This document shows positions 14,327-24,017 of a DNA stretch of 32,000 nucleotides, piece by piece (within the stretch, counting starts at the first letter, position 1; each line of letters starts with the position of its first letter). The stretch covers positions 32,959 to 64,958 of the forward strand of contig CANRBL010000002.1 in NCBI GenBank assembly GCA_947628835.1. The letters are read 5' to 3'. The stretch is from an uncultured Clostridia bacterium. GTDB taxonomy: Bacteria > Bacillota > Clostridia > TANB77 > CAG-508. The position numbers and the translations under genes are program-made. Under the pieces are notes generated by a model that ran no database searches, had not been told where the DNA came from, and saw only the letters and a program-made list of their open reading frames with translations.

Positions 14327-15323
14327 TTGGCTAATACTACTTTAAATGATTTATTAATTCAATATGAAAGAAAAAAAACTAAAGCTGAAATGGATTTAGA
14401 AAACAGAAAAAAAAATCTATATGAAAAAATTCCAGAGTTACTACAAATAGAAGAAGAACTAAATACTTATGCTATTAATACTGCTAAAAACATTTTAAAT
14501 AATATTACAACTGATACAAAAGAACTTAATAAAAAGATTGATGATTTAAAATTACAAAAAGAAAAAATTTTAGAAGCAAACCATATAGATGTTAACTACT
14601 TAAAACCATTTTATGAATGCACAAAATGTAAAGATACTGGTTATTATACAGATAGTAATTACAAGTCTGTGATGTGTTCTTGTTTAAAACAAAAATTACT
14701 TAACATATCTTATAATAAATCAAATATCTCTAATTTATATAAGGAAAATTTTGATACTTTTGATGATACTCTTTTTTCTGATGAAGTTGATATTTCAAAA
14801 TACAAGTTTAATATATCTCCTAGGAAAAATATTAATAATATAAGATTAAAATGTCTTAATTTTGTTAATAATTTTGACGATTTATCAACTAAAAATTTAC
14901 TTTTTACTGGTAATACTGGATTGCGGAAAAACTTTTATGTCTAATTGTATCGCAAATAGTTTATTAAAAAAGGGCAAAACTGTTCTTTATCAAACTGCCC
15001 CTGTTTTACTGGAAACTGTAATTAATAATAAAATGGATAAAAATATCAATTCTGATTTTTATAAAAATGTTTTAGAATCAGATTTACTTATTATTGATGA
15101 TTTAGGTACAGAGTGTATTAATAGTATGAAGTTAAGTGAATTATTTACCATTTTAAATACTAGATTGTTGAATTTAAATTCTAAGGTAACTAAAACTATT
15201 ATTTCTACTAATTTGAATATAAATAATATTTTTAATAATTATGAAGAAAGAATAGGTTCCCGCATTGCTGGATATTATGAAATTTATTATTTCTTTGGAG
15301 AAGATTTGAGGTTTAAACGATAA
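14327..15323 (+). pseudogene. DnaC/DnaI-like AAA+ helicase loader, frameshifted inside the Walker A motif
   Basis: Track ORFs 14327-14944 and 14862-15323 are two frames of one gene. Frame 1 ends ...LLFTGNTG LRKNFYV*. Frame 2 continues CGKTFMSNCIANSLLKKGKTVLY...LLIIDDLGTE (Walker B). Deleting one T at 14921/14922 (gga-t-tgc) restores GNTGCGKT. The N-terminal part has a Cys cluster (CTKCKDTGY...CSC), as in DnaI-type loaders. Confidence 0.75.
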
Positions 15324-15336
15324 AACAAATAGAAAA

Positions 15337-15377
15337 GAAAAGCACAAATATTCATTAATTTGATTTCTGTGCTTTTC
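15337..15377. terminator. Hairpin between the convergent dnaC-like gene and gyrA
   Basis: GAAAAGCACA (15337-15346) and TGTGCTTTTC (15368-15377) form a perfect 10-bp stem. The loop is large, about 21 nt. Both flanks are T/A-rich, so it could act in both directions. Confidence 0.5.
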
Positions 15378-15389
15378 CTTTTACTTTTA

Positions 15390-17828
15390 TTAATCTTCGT
15401 CTATTTCTGGACTTAAAGTTTCTATACTTACCACTTTTCCACCATCATTTGTTCTCATTAATGTTACTCCCTGTGTTGCTCTTCCTAAAACACTTATATC
15501 TTTTACATTAAGTCTAATAATAGTTCCATTATCTGTAATAAGCATTACATCATCTTCTTCTGTTGTAATTCTTATACCTACTAATTTTCCTGTTTTTGGT
15601 GTAATTTTGTATGTTATAACTCCTTTTCCTCCTCTTGTTTGTACCCTATATTCATCTAATTCTGTTCTTTTTCCAAAACCATTTTCAGTAATAGCAAGTA
15701 ATGTTGCTTTTCCTCCAGCAATTATTGATTCCATTCCGATAACTTCGTCATCTTCATCTAACCTTATTCCAATTACTCCTTGTGCTGTTCTTCCGATTGG
15801 ACGTACTTCTTTCTCGTCAAATGTTATGCTCATTCCATTTCTTGTAACTAATACTACATTGTCTTGTCCATCTGTTAAACGAACACTTATTAATTCATCA
15901 CCATCTTTTAATGTAATTCCTTGAAGACCTGTCGTTCTTGATGAATTATATTCTACTAATGCTGTTTTCTTTATTAATCCATTCTTTGTTGCCATTAATA
16001 AATATTTTCCTTCTGCAAAGTTTTGAATTGGAATTACTGCTGAAATTTTTTCTCCTGGGTCTAAACTCAATAAATTAACAATTGCTGTTCCTTTTGCTGT
16101 TCTTCCAGCTTCTGGAATTTCATATCCTCTTAATTTATATAATTTACCTTTATTAGAAAAGAATAAAATAGTATCATGTGTAGATGCTGTAAATATTTGT
16201 TTAACAAAATCTTCTTCTCTAGTTGCAATTCCTGTAATACCTTTACCGCCTCTTTTTTGACTTTTATATGTGTCTATTGGCATTCTTTTTATATATCCAA
16301 AATATGTTAATGCAACAACAGTTTGTTCATCTTTTATAAGGTCTTCTACATTTATTTCTCCTTCTGCAGGAACTATTTTTGTTTTTCTTTCATCTCCAAA
16401 CTTATCTCTTATTTCTATAAGTTCTTCTTTTATTATATCAAATACTAATTTTTCACTATTTAATATATCTCTTAAATGTGCTATTAATTCCATTAATTGA
16501 TTGTATTCTTCTTCTATTTTTTCACGTTGCAATCCTGATAATGTTTTTAATCTCATATCCAAAATTGCTTGAGCTTGTATATCTGATAAACCAAATCTTT
16601 CCATTAATCTTTCTTTTGGATCATCATATGATGAACGTATAATATTTATAACTTCATCTATATTGTCTAACGCAATTTTTAATCCCTCTAAAATGTGTGC
16701 TCTTGCTAATGCTTTATCTAACTCAAATTGCGTTCTTCTTAAAATAACATCTTTTCTATGTTCTATATAATAGTCTAAACATTGTCTTAATGTTAAAATC
16801 TTTGGTTCCCCATTTACTAAAGCTAACATTATTACTCCAAATGTATCTTGCATTTGAGTATTTTTATATAATTGATTTAATACTACTTGTGCATTTGCAT
16901 CTCTTCTTAATTCAATAACAATTCTAACTCTTTCATTTCTGTCAGATTCATCACGCATTTCAGATATTCCTTCAATTCTTTTTTCTTTTACTAATCTTGA
17001 AATGTTTTCTATTAATCTTGCTTTATTTACTTGATATGGTAATGACCTTACTATAATTCTTTGTTTATTACCACTCATTTCTTCGATTTCTGCTTCTGCT
17101 CTAACTGTTATTTTTCCTCTTCCTGTTTTATATGCTTCTTTTATTCCTTCAATTCCTAAAATGATTCCTTCCGTAGGAAAATCGGGACCTTTAATTATAG
17201 ATAACAAATCATCATCTGTTACTTCATCCTCATCAATTATTTTTATTATACCATTTATTACCTCTGTCAAGTTATGAGGCGGTATGTTTGTTGCCATTCC
17301 TACTGCTATACCTGATGAACCATTTATTAATAATGCTGGTATTTTTGCTGGAAGTACTGTTGGTTCTTGCAACCTTTCATCATAGTTTGGCATAAAATCT
17401 ACTGTGTTTTTTTCTATATCATCTAACATATGTTCAGATATTTTTGCCATTCTTGCTTCTGTGTACCTCATTGCTGCTGCCCCATCACCATCTATTGAGC
17501 CAAAATTTCCATGCCCATCAATTAGCATATATCTCATAGAAAAGTCTTGTGCCATTCTAACCATAGCATCATATACTGATGAATCTCCATGTGGGTGATA
17601 CCTTCCTAAAACTGAACCTACAGTATTTGCACATTTCCTGTATGGCTTATCTGAAGTAATTCCTTCTTCATGCATTGCATATAATATTCTTCTATGCACT
17701 GGTTTTAAACCATCTCTTACATCTGGTAATGCACGTGATACTATAACACTCATAGCATAATCTATGTATGATGTTACCATCTCTTCTTCGATGTCTCTTT
17801 GTATTATATTTTCATCTTGTCTATCCAT
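15390..17828 (-). CDS. gyrA: DNA gyrase subunit A
   Basis: [50 protein letters not shown] and C-terminal beta-pinwheel repeats are present. I prefer ATG 17828 (MDRQDEN, SD agagggaagg) to the track TTG at 17846. Confidence 0.97.
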   Translation of the reverse strand: MDRQDENIIQRDIEEEMVTSYIDYAMSVIVSRALPDVRDGLKPVHRRILYAMHEEGITSDKPYRKCANTVGSVLGRYHPHGDSSVYDAMVRMAQDFSMRYMLIDGHGNFGSIDGDGAAAMRYTEARMAKISEHMLDDIEKNTVDFMPNYDERLQEPTVLPAKIPALLINGSSGIAVGMATNIPPHNLTEVINGIIKIIDEDEVTDDDLLSIIKGPDFPTEGIILGIEGIKEAYKTGRGKITVRAEAEIEEMSGNKQRIIVRSLPYQVNKARLIENISRLVKEKRIEGISEMRDESDRNERVRIVIELRRDANAQVVLNQLYKNTQMQDTFGVIMLALVNGEPKILTLRQCLDYYIEHRKDVILRRTQFELDKALARAHILEGLKIALDNIDEVINIIRSSYDDPKERLMERFGLSDIQAQAILDMRLKTLSGLQREKIEEEYNQLMELIAHLRDILNSEKLVFDIIKEELIEIRDKFGDERKTKIVPAEGEINVEDLIKDEQTVVALTYFGYIKRMPIDTYKSQKRGGKGITGIATREEDFVKQIFTASTHDTILFFSNKGKLYKLRGYEIPEAGRTAKGTAIVNLLSLDPGEKISAVIPIQNFAEGKYLLMATKNGLIKKTALVEYNSSRTTGLQGITLKDGDELISVRLTDGQDNVVLVTRNGMSITFDEKEVRPIGRTAQGVIGIRLDEDDEVIGMESIIAGGKATLLAITENGFGKRTELDEYRVQTRGGKGVITYKITPKTGKLVGIRITTEEDDVMLITDNGTIIRLNVKDISVLGRATQGVTLMRTNDGGKVVSIETLSPEIDED

Positions 17829-17865
17829 TGCCTTCCCTCTTTTCAACTATTTTTTTTACATTTGT

Positions 17866-17894
17866 ATTATACTAAAATCAGAATTAATATGCAA
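17866..17894 (-). promoter_or_regulatory. Dedicated gyrA promoter
   Basis: The minus strand reads TTGCAT-17 nt-TATAAT (-35 at 17889-17894, -10 at 17866-17871). Confidence 0.6.
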
Positions 17895-17910
17895 GAAAAT
17901 TTATGAAAAT

Positions 17911-18468
17911 TTAATTTTTTCTGTCATCTGCTACAATATATTCATCTATTTGACAATTTTTTATTCTAATTACTTCTTCTGGCTCAGTTGGTAATCCGTT
18001 AAAATACCAATTAGCACTTCTTAAGAAAAAGCCATGTGATACTATAAGAATTGTTTTCGTACTATCTTCATATTTTTTTATTATTCTATCTAAACAATCA
18101 AAAACCTTTTTTGTATATGTTTTACAATCTTCGCCTTCTTTTACTGGCACATTTTTTGTATAATATCTTATTTCATTAAAAATTGGTTGTTCATTTGGCT
18201 GACCTTCATAAATTCCCAAATTTCTTTCTATAACTTGTTCATCAATTATTATATCTAAATTATGATATTCATTAATTATTTCTGCTGTTTTTATTGCACG
18301 TTTTAATGGTGAAGATATTATAATGTCTATATTAATATCTTTTAATTTTTCTTTCAATTCTTCTGCTTGCTTTATTCCTTCTTCATTTAATTCTATATCT
18401 GTTAAACCTGCTGCTTTTTTTTCTTTATTCCAATTTGTTTTTCCATGTCGTACTAATAATAATTTCAT
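17911..18468 (-). CDS. Histidine phosphatase (phosphoglycerate mutase-like) family protein
   Basis: 185 aa with LLVRHGKTNWN (RHG motif), SSPLKRAIKTAE and IVSHGFFLR. Confidence 0.85.
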   Translation of the reverse strand: MKLLLVRHGKTNWNKEKKAAGLTDIELNEEGIKQAEELKEKLKDINIDIIISSPLKRAIKTAEIINEYHNLDIIIDEQVIERNLGIYEGQPNEQPIFNEIRYYTKNVPVKEGEDCKTYTKKVFDCLDRIIKKYEDSTKTILIVSHGFFLRSANWYFNGLPTEPEEVIRIKNCQIDEYIVADDRKN

Positions 18469-18503
18469 TTTTTTATTTTCCCTTCTTACTTTTTTGTAAT
18501 ATT

Positions 18504-18764
18504 TTATTTTATGTTTTTATTTTTTATATAATTTTCAGTAAATTCATTTTCTAAAATATCCATAACTATTGTATCATAATATTTTCCATTTATAAATTTA
18601 TTTTCACGAATTTTTCCCATTTCTTTAAATCCACATTTTTTATAACATTTTAAAGCCCTTTCATTAAAACTCATTACATTCAATTTTATATTATGCAAAT
18701 TCATATAATTAAATCCATAATCTAATAATAATCTTATAGCTTCTGTTCCATATTTTATGGTTGT
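18504..18764 (-). pseudogene. 5'-truncated GNAT (RimJ/RimL-type) N-acetyltransferase remnant
   Basis: The frame is open from 18764. It encodes KYGTEAIRLLLDYGFNYMNLHNIKLNVMSFNERALKCYKKCGFKEMGKIRENKFINGKYYDTIVMDIL. That is only the motif-A to C-terminal part of a GNAT domain. The N-terminal 70-90 aa and any start or SD are missing. Confidence 0.7.
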
Positions 18765-18832
18765 TCATTAAATTTATTTTTATTATACTATTTCAACCAT
18801 ACTAAATATAAAAAATTGTCATAAAAAAATTT

Positions 18833-19633
18833 TTATAATTTTTCGGCTAATTGCAGTGCTTCTTCACTAATATTAAAATTCTTTCCATTATTTTTTATTA
18901 ATGTATGTAAATTTTCAATTTTTCTTGCTTTAGCTATTGTTTCTTCCAAAGGCATTAATTCTTTCAATTCCTTTTTTATTTTATTATATTCTTTTTCCAT
19001 TCCGTCAAAATCTCTATTATTATAGTATTCATTCCAATTATTCATATATTTACCCAAAAATTCTAAACTTTCCATTTGATTTGAAAAAGTATTCTCTATA
19101 TTTTTTTCTACATTACTAATAATAACATCTTTTCCTTTTTTTATTAATTTTGATATACTATTATCTATAACACCTGCCTTTGTTACTTTATTTAATGTAA
19201 AATCTATCAATTCTGATACATTGTCTAAAATTCCACCACTTTTTATTACATTTTGAACTTGCGAAATATTTTCAAAATTACCTGTTAAAATTCCTAATGC
19301 ATCTTTTCCCATATCAATGGCAGAATTTATCGATTTATTTATACCTTCTGATATACCATATTTTAATAAATTATCCTTTAAATTTATTATTTGATTTTCT
19401 ACTAAATCTGGAAGTAATAATCTTATACCAATATCTATACCATTATTTATTGCATTTCCTAGTGCACTATCTAAAAAATTTCTTTGTTTTTCTTCTGTTA
19501 CCAAATTATTTGTTATTTCATTATTATTGTTTATTTCTATATTATTTTCATTTATATTTTCTAAATTACTATTTACTTCTTTTCCTAATTCCATATTTTT
19601 TATTTTCCTTTCTATCAAATTAATTTTAGGCAA
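18833..19633 (-). CDS. Hypothetical N/I/K-rich protein, no recognisable family
   Basis: 266-aa ORF from TTG 19633, with an alternative ATG at 19594. No TM helix or motif is recognisable. It follows the pure A/T tract. Confidence 0.5.
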   Translation of the reverse strand: MPKINLIERKIKNMELGKEVNSNLENINENNIEINNNNEITNNLVTEEKQRNFLDSALGNAINNGIDIGIRLLLPDLVENQIINLKDNLLKYGISEGINKSINSAIDMGKDALGILTGNFENISQVQNVIKSGGILDNVSELIDFTLNKVTKAGVIDNSISKLIKKGKDVIISNVEKNIENTFSNQMESLEFLGKYMNNWNEYYNNRDFDGMEKEYNKIKKELKELMPLEETIAKARKIENLHTLIKNNGKNFNISEEALQLAEKL

Positions 19634-19873
19634 TTAACCTTAATTGAAAACTATATTATTTTAATATATTAAAATATATTTTTTATTAATTATTTTTTCA
19701 TTATATTTAATTAATATTATTTAATTTATATTTTTTTATTTATATTTTTTTATTTATATTTTTTATAAATTTATTAATATATATTTTTTTATTAATATAT
19801 TTATAATTTTTTATTATATATTTTATTAATAATACATTTAATATTTTATTATTAATATTTTTTTATATTTTAT
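19634..19873. repeat. About 240 bp of almost pure A/T DNA with 14-bp tandem repeats
   Basis: Only a handful of G/C bases occur in this stretch. TTTATATTTTTTTA is repeated in tandem at 19725-19738 and 19739-19752, with a 13-nt third copy at 19753-19765. ATTAATATAT recurs at 19772-19781 and 19791-19800. Confidence 0.8.
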
Positions 19874-21019
19874 TTATTTAATTAATTTTAAATAATCTAA
19901 TTTTATAATATTTTTTACTAAATTATTATTATAATTATTATTAATTAAATAATTATAATATTTATTATATTTTATTTTTCCAATTATTGAATAATTTTTC
20001 AAAATATTTTTTATTATTTGCATATCTATATTTTTATTATTATATTTATTAATAATTATTTTTATTTTTTGATTATCTATATCTAATTTATTAATATAAT
20101 TTTCTAAAATAATAGTTGTTTTCTTTATTTCTAATATATTTCCTTCTGTTAAAAATACTATTTTATCACAATTTTTTATTAATTCTTTTTCTATATTTAA
20201 ATTTAATTCTGTTGTCATTTCTATAATAATCAAATTATAATTATTTTTTAAATTTTCAATAAAATAATTAATATTTATATTATTTTTTATTTTTTTATTA
20301 TAAACAAATTCTAATCCTGATAAAATATTTATTTTTTTATTATAATTTTTTATATAATTTTGTATATCATTAAATTCAGAAAATTCTTCTTTTTTATTTC
20401 TTTCAATTTCTAAAATAGAAAATATATCTTGACTAAATAAATTAAAATCTATAATTAACGTTTTTTTATTTTTTTTTGTCATAAAATTTGCAAAATTTAT
20501 TGTAAAAATACTTTTTCCACTTCTTGCAATTCCAGTTACTACAACTATTTCTCCTTTTTTTGAATTAGCATTTGTTATATTATTTATATTGTTTTTATTG
20601 TTATTTAAAATAATTTCTTTTAACATTTGTATTTCTTTTTCTAATTCTTCTTGTGTTTTTATTTTATCTTTTTTTATTATTTCAATTAATTGTTGTAAAT
20701 TTATTTCATTATTATAATAAATATCATTTATATTATTTTCTATTAAAATATTTTTTAATTTTTCATTTTGATTTTCTAAAATAAATATAATTCTTATATT
20801 ATTATTTATTTTTTTTATATTTTTTATTAATTCTTCAAAACTAATTTCTCCATATATACTTTCACTAATTACAATAACATCTATATTTTTATTTTCTTGC
20901 ATAATTTCTATAATTGCTTCTTTATAAATAATATCCTTACATATAATTTTTAAATTTTCTTCTTCTGATAATTTTTCATTAAGATTTGGATTACCTATTG
21001 CTGTTAATATTTTTTTCAA
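19874..21019 (-). CDS. CpaE/TadZ-like ATPase: receiver-like N-domain plus ParA/MinD-type P-loop domain
   Basis: 381 aa. The N-terminal ~120 aa have a beta-alpha receiver-like pattern (KILTAIGN...IDVIVISE...IRIIFIL) but no obvious acceptor Asp context. Then comes GEIVVVTGIARSGKSIFTINFANFM, a deviant Walker A. The TTG start overlaps the upstream TGA (TTGA). More than half the residues are N, I or K. Confidence 0.6.
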   Translation of the reverse strand: MKKILTAIGNPNLNEKLSEEENLKIICKDIIYKEAIIEIMQENKNIDVIVISESIYGEISFEELIKNIKKINNNIRIIFILENQNEKLKNILIENNINDIYYNNEINLQQLIEIIKKDKIKTQEELEKEIQMLKEIILNNNKNNINNITNANSKKGEIVVVTGIARSGKSIFTINFANFMTKKNKKTLIIDFNLFSQDIFSILEIERNKKEEFSEFNDIQNYIKNYNKKINILSGLEFVYNKKIKNNININYFIENLKNNYNLIIIEMTTELNLNIEKELIKNCDKIVFLTEGNILEIKKTTIILENYINKLDIDNQKIKIIINKYNNKNIDMQIIKNILKNYSIIGKIKYNKYYNYLINNNYNNNLVKNIIKLDYLKLIK

Positions 21020-22857
21020 TATTTATTTTTTTCCTCCTTCTTTTCTATTATACTTTTTTCTTTTTCAGAACAATCTATTTTTGTTAATATATGATTGTCA
21101 GCAACAAACATAAGACATTCTCCTTTTTTTAATGATTTTATTTCTATTTTTTCTTTTTCAGATAAATTGGTATTTTCTTGCAATATTTTTATATTGTCTT
21201 CTTCTAATGAAAAAAATGTTTTTATACTTGAATTATTTAAAATACTTCTTCCATATGTTCCATTATCTAAACTAAAAAGGTCTGAGATGTCTTGTGTTAT
21301 AGCAACACCACTTCCACCATATTTTCTGATTGTTTTAAATATTTTATATATAAAACTTGCAACTTCTTTATTTGATGTTACACCTATTAGCCTCCATATT
21401 TCGTCCATATAAATTGCTTTTTTTACATTTCTATCTATTTTTATCTTGTCCCAAAAAAGATCTATGAAAAGGTACATTCCATATTTTAAATTTTCTTCTC
21501 CTAATTCATATACATCAGCTATAATTAATTTATTATTTAATTTTACACTTGTATAATTATTAAAAAATTTTAATGAACCTTTTACAAATGGTATTAATTT
21601 TATTTGAAATTTTTTTGTTCTTTTATCTTTACTTAAAACTTCATATAAATCTTGTAAAATAGGCATATCTATACTTTCTTTAAATTGTTTTATTATATTG
21701 TCTTTATTTTCTTTATATAAGGATTTATCATCAAATGTAATTCCTTTTTTCCTATATGTTTCAATTAATTTTTCCTCTAATATTGCCTTCTCTTCTTCAT
21801 TTAGTTCACCAAAAATTAAATTAAAAAATCCTATTAATTTTCCTATCTTTGTTGCTAAATAACCATTTTCAGTATCTTCTACACTTTCCTTTCTAATATC
21901 AAAAATATTAATGTATGTTGTAGATGATGGTCCTATCTTTATTTCTGTTCCATGTAATTCTTTACATAAATTTAAATATTCTCTATCTGGGTCTATTACA
22001 TATTGTTCTATACCTAATATTCTGTATCTTAATATTAATAATTTAGTGTAAAATGATTTTCCTGCTCCACTTGTTCCAAAAATACACATATTTGCATTTT
22101 TATATTTATTTGTATCATATCTGTCTATGAATACCAATGAATTATTATATATATTTCTTCCTATATATATTCCGTTTTCATCAAATATAGATGACGAAAT
22201 AAATGGATATGTTGATAAAATTCCACTTGTTAATATATTTCTTTTGGCTATATTTTTTATATCTGTATTATTATCCATTATTGGTAAACAAGATAAAAAA
22301 AGCTGCTCTTCTCTGAAATTAGCTCTTCTTGTTTGCATTCCTCTACTTTGTGTTATTCCTTCTATTTTATTTAATATATATTCTAAATTTTTTATATCAC
22401 TACTATATACATTTATATAAATATATAGATAATATAAATCTTCATTGTTGACTTGCATTTCTTTTCTTATATATTTCGCATCATTATATGTATAAGCTAC
22501 AATATCCATATCTTGCCTATTTTGACTTGATGTTTGTAAATCAACTCCCACATTTCCTATATGATATGTTAAATCTTTTATTGCTTTATATGTATCTTGC
22601 TTTTCGTAAAATATTGATATATTCATATTTATGTTATTTTCTATTAATAATTTTAATAATAAATCATCTTGTTCTCTATAATAATTTACTACTATTAATC
22701 CTGTATAATATATTCCGTCTATTTCTAAAAATTTTGGATTTTGCATATTTATATATGATGGTGCTATATAATCTTTATCTGAAAATGTTCCATCTAAAAT
22801 AATATTTTCTTTTTTTATATTATTTTTTTTGAAAATTTTATTTATAATATTATTTAT
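21016..22857 (-). CDS. VirB4/TrsE-family ATPase of set 2, ATPase portion
   Basis: Walker A is CIFGTSGAGKSFYTKLL and Walker B is AIYMDEIWRLI, followed by GVAITQDISD. The track starts it at ATG 22746. However, the frame is open to 22881 and the conserved IAPSYIN...LEIDGIYYTGLIVVNYY stretch begins upstream of that ATG. AGGAGG lies at 22868-22873, followed by in-frame ATA codons at 22863 and 22857. The true start is uncertain. Confidence 0.8.
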   Translation of the reverse strand: MNNIINKIFKKNNIKKENIILDGTFSDKDYIAPSYINMQNPKFLEIDGIYYTGLIVVNYYREQDDLLLKLLIENNINMNISIFYEKQDTYKAIKDLTYHIGNVGVDLQTSSQNRQDMDIVAYTYNDAKYIRKEMQVNNEDLYYLYIYINVYSSDIKNLEYILNKIEGITQSRGMQTRRANFREEQLFLSCLPIMDNNTDIKNIAKRNILTSGILSTYPFISSSIFDENGIYIGRNIYNNSLVFIDRYDTNKYKNANMCIFGTSGAGKSFYTKLLILRYRILGIEQYVIDPDREYLNLCKELHGTEIKIGPSSTTYINIFDIRKESVEDTENGYLATKIGKLIGFFNLIFGELNEEEKAILEEKLIETYRKKGITFDDKSLYKENKDNIIKQFKESIDMPILQDLYEVLSKDKRTKKFQIKLIPFVKGSLKFFNNYTSVKLNNKLIIADVYELGEENLKYGMYLFIDLFWDKIKIDRNVKKAIYMDEIWRLIGVTSNKEVASFIYKIFKTIRKYGGSGVAITQDISDLFSLDNGTYGRSILNNSSIKTFFSLEEDNIKILQENTNLSEKEKIEIKSLKKGECLMFVADNHILTKIDCSEKEKSIIEKKEEKNKY

Positions 22858-22926
22858 TTTTATTTTTCCTCCTTTTTTCCTTTAAATATACCAAATATAT
22901 AACTTTTATACTTTATAATATATTAA

Positions 22927-23964
22927 TTATTTATTATCAAAAATCTTTAATCTTTTTGCAATCTCTTCTGGAGATGGTAATAATTTTTTCATATTTTCAG
23001 GTAATGAATTATGCACTTTATATGTTGCAACTCCAATAAGTGCATTAGATTGTTTGAGAGCATATTCTACAATTGTTTTATCTTTATTTTTACATATAAT
23101 AATTCCTATTGATGGATTTTCTTCTTGCAATTTAACTTGTTCATCTAACGCAGTAAGATATAATTGCATCTTTCCTGTATATTCAGCCTCAAATTCTCCT
23201 ATCTTTAATTCTATAGCAATAAGACTACGTAATCTTCTATGAAATAACAACAAATCTATATATAAATCTTTTTTTCCAATTAATATATGATATTGATTTC
23301 CAATAAAAGTATAATCACCACCCATTTCTGTTAAAAAAGCACGTATATTATTTACTAATGTCATCTCCAATTCATGTTCGTTATACTCTGGAGATAATGT
23401 TGCAAAATCAAATGTATATTCATCTTTAATTGCTAGCTTTGCTTGAAAACGTCTTTCCTTTGGTAAGGTTTTATCAAAATTTGTTTGATTTAATAAATAT
23501 TTTTCATACATATCATCATCTATAAAATTAACTAATATCCTCTTTGTCCAACCATATCTTTTTGTCATTTGAATATAAAATTCTTTTTCTAAATTATCTT
23601 TACACTTTTCCATTATTACAACATTATTTGTCCAACTTATTTCTCGCACCATCGGTGCGAGTTTTGTTTCTTCTTTATATGTTAAATAAAAATTTCTCAT
23701 TCTCCATAAATTACTAGCAGAATAACCTTTTGAACCTGGATATTCATTTTGTAACTCTTTTGATAATATATTTACAATTGATTTTCCCCAACCTTTTTCA
23801 ATTTGCTTATTATAAATCTCTTTTCCAATTTCCCAATATAAATTAATCGTTTCAGCATTCATAGTTTTTAATAATTGAATTTGTCTTTTATTTATTTTAT
23901 CTTTAATATCTTCTACTAATGGTTCATAATCTGATATTTTTATTGTATTCATATTTGCATACAT
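22927..23964 (-). CDS. DUF1016/YhcG-family PDDEXK nuclease
   Basis: 345 aa. The N-domain has LYWEIGKEIYNKQIEKGWGKSIVNILSKELQNEYPGSKGYSASNLWRMRNFY. The C-terminal nuclease core has DLYIDLLLFHRRLRSLIAIELKIGEFEAEYTGKMQLYLTALDE...PSIGIIICKNKDKTIVEYAL. Both match the YhcG family pattern. Confidence 0.85.
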   Translation of the reverse strand: MYANMNTIKISDYEPLVEDIKDKINKRQIQLLKTMNAETINLYWEIGKEIYNKQIEKGWGKSIVNILSKELQNEYPGSKGYSASNLWRMRNFYLTYKEETKLAPMVREISWTNNVVIMEKCKDNLEKEFYIQMTKRYGWTKRILVNFIDDDMYEKYLLNQTNFDKTLPKERRFQAKLAIKDEYTFDFATLSPEYNEHELEMTLVNNIRAFLTEMGGDYTFIGNQYHILIGKKDLYIDLLLFHRRLRSLIAIELKIGEFEAEYTGKMQLYLTALDEQVKLQEENPSIGIIICKNKDKTIVEYALKQSNALIGVATYKVHNSLPENMKKLLPSPEEIAKRLKIFDNK

Positions 23965-24017
23965 TCCTTCCTATTTTTTACATGAAATTTACTTATTGAA
24001 TTTATAAACTGCAATGA

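Noticed and set aside
17829-17846. N-terminal extensions of gyrA (TTG 17846), gyrB (27188-27241) and recF (28321-28332) as given in the track
   Set aside because: The internal ATGs have correctly spaced SD sequences and give the conserved N-termini. The extensions lack an SD.
21016-21018. An alternative genetic code (TGA as Trp, as in Mollicutes), given the extreme A/T richness
   Set aside because: All core genes translate full length under the standard code. TGA at 21016-21018 ends the VirB4 frame exactly where the next gene's start overlaps it. I saw no in-frame TGA interrupting a recognisable domain.
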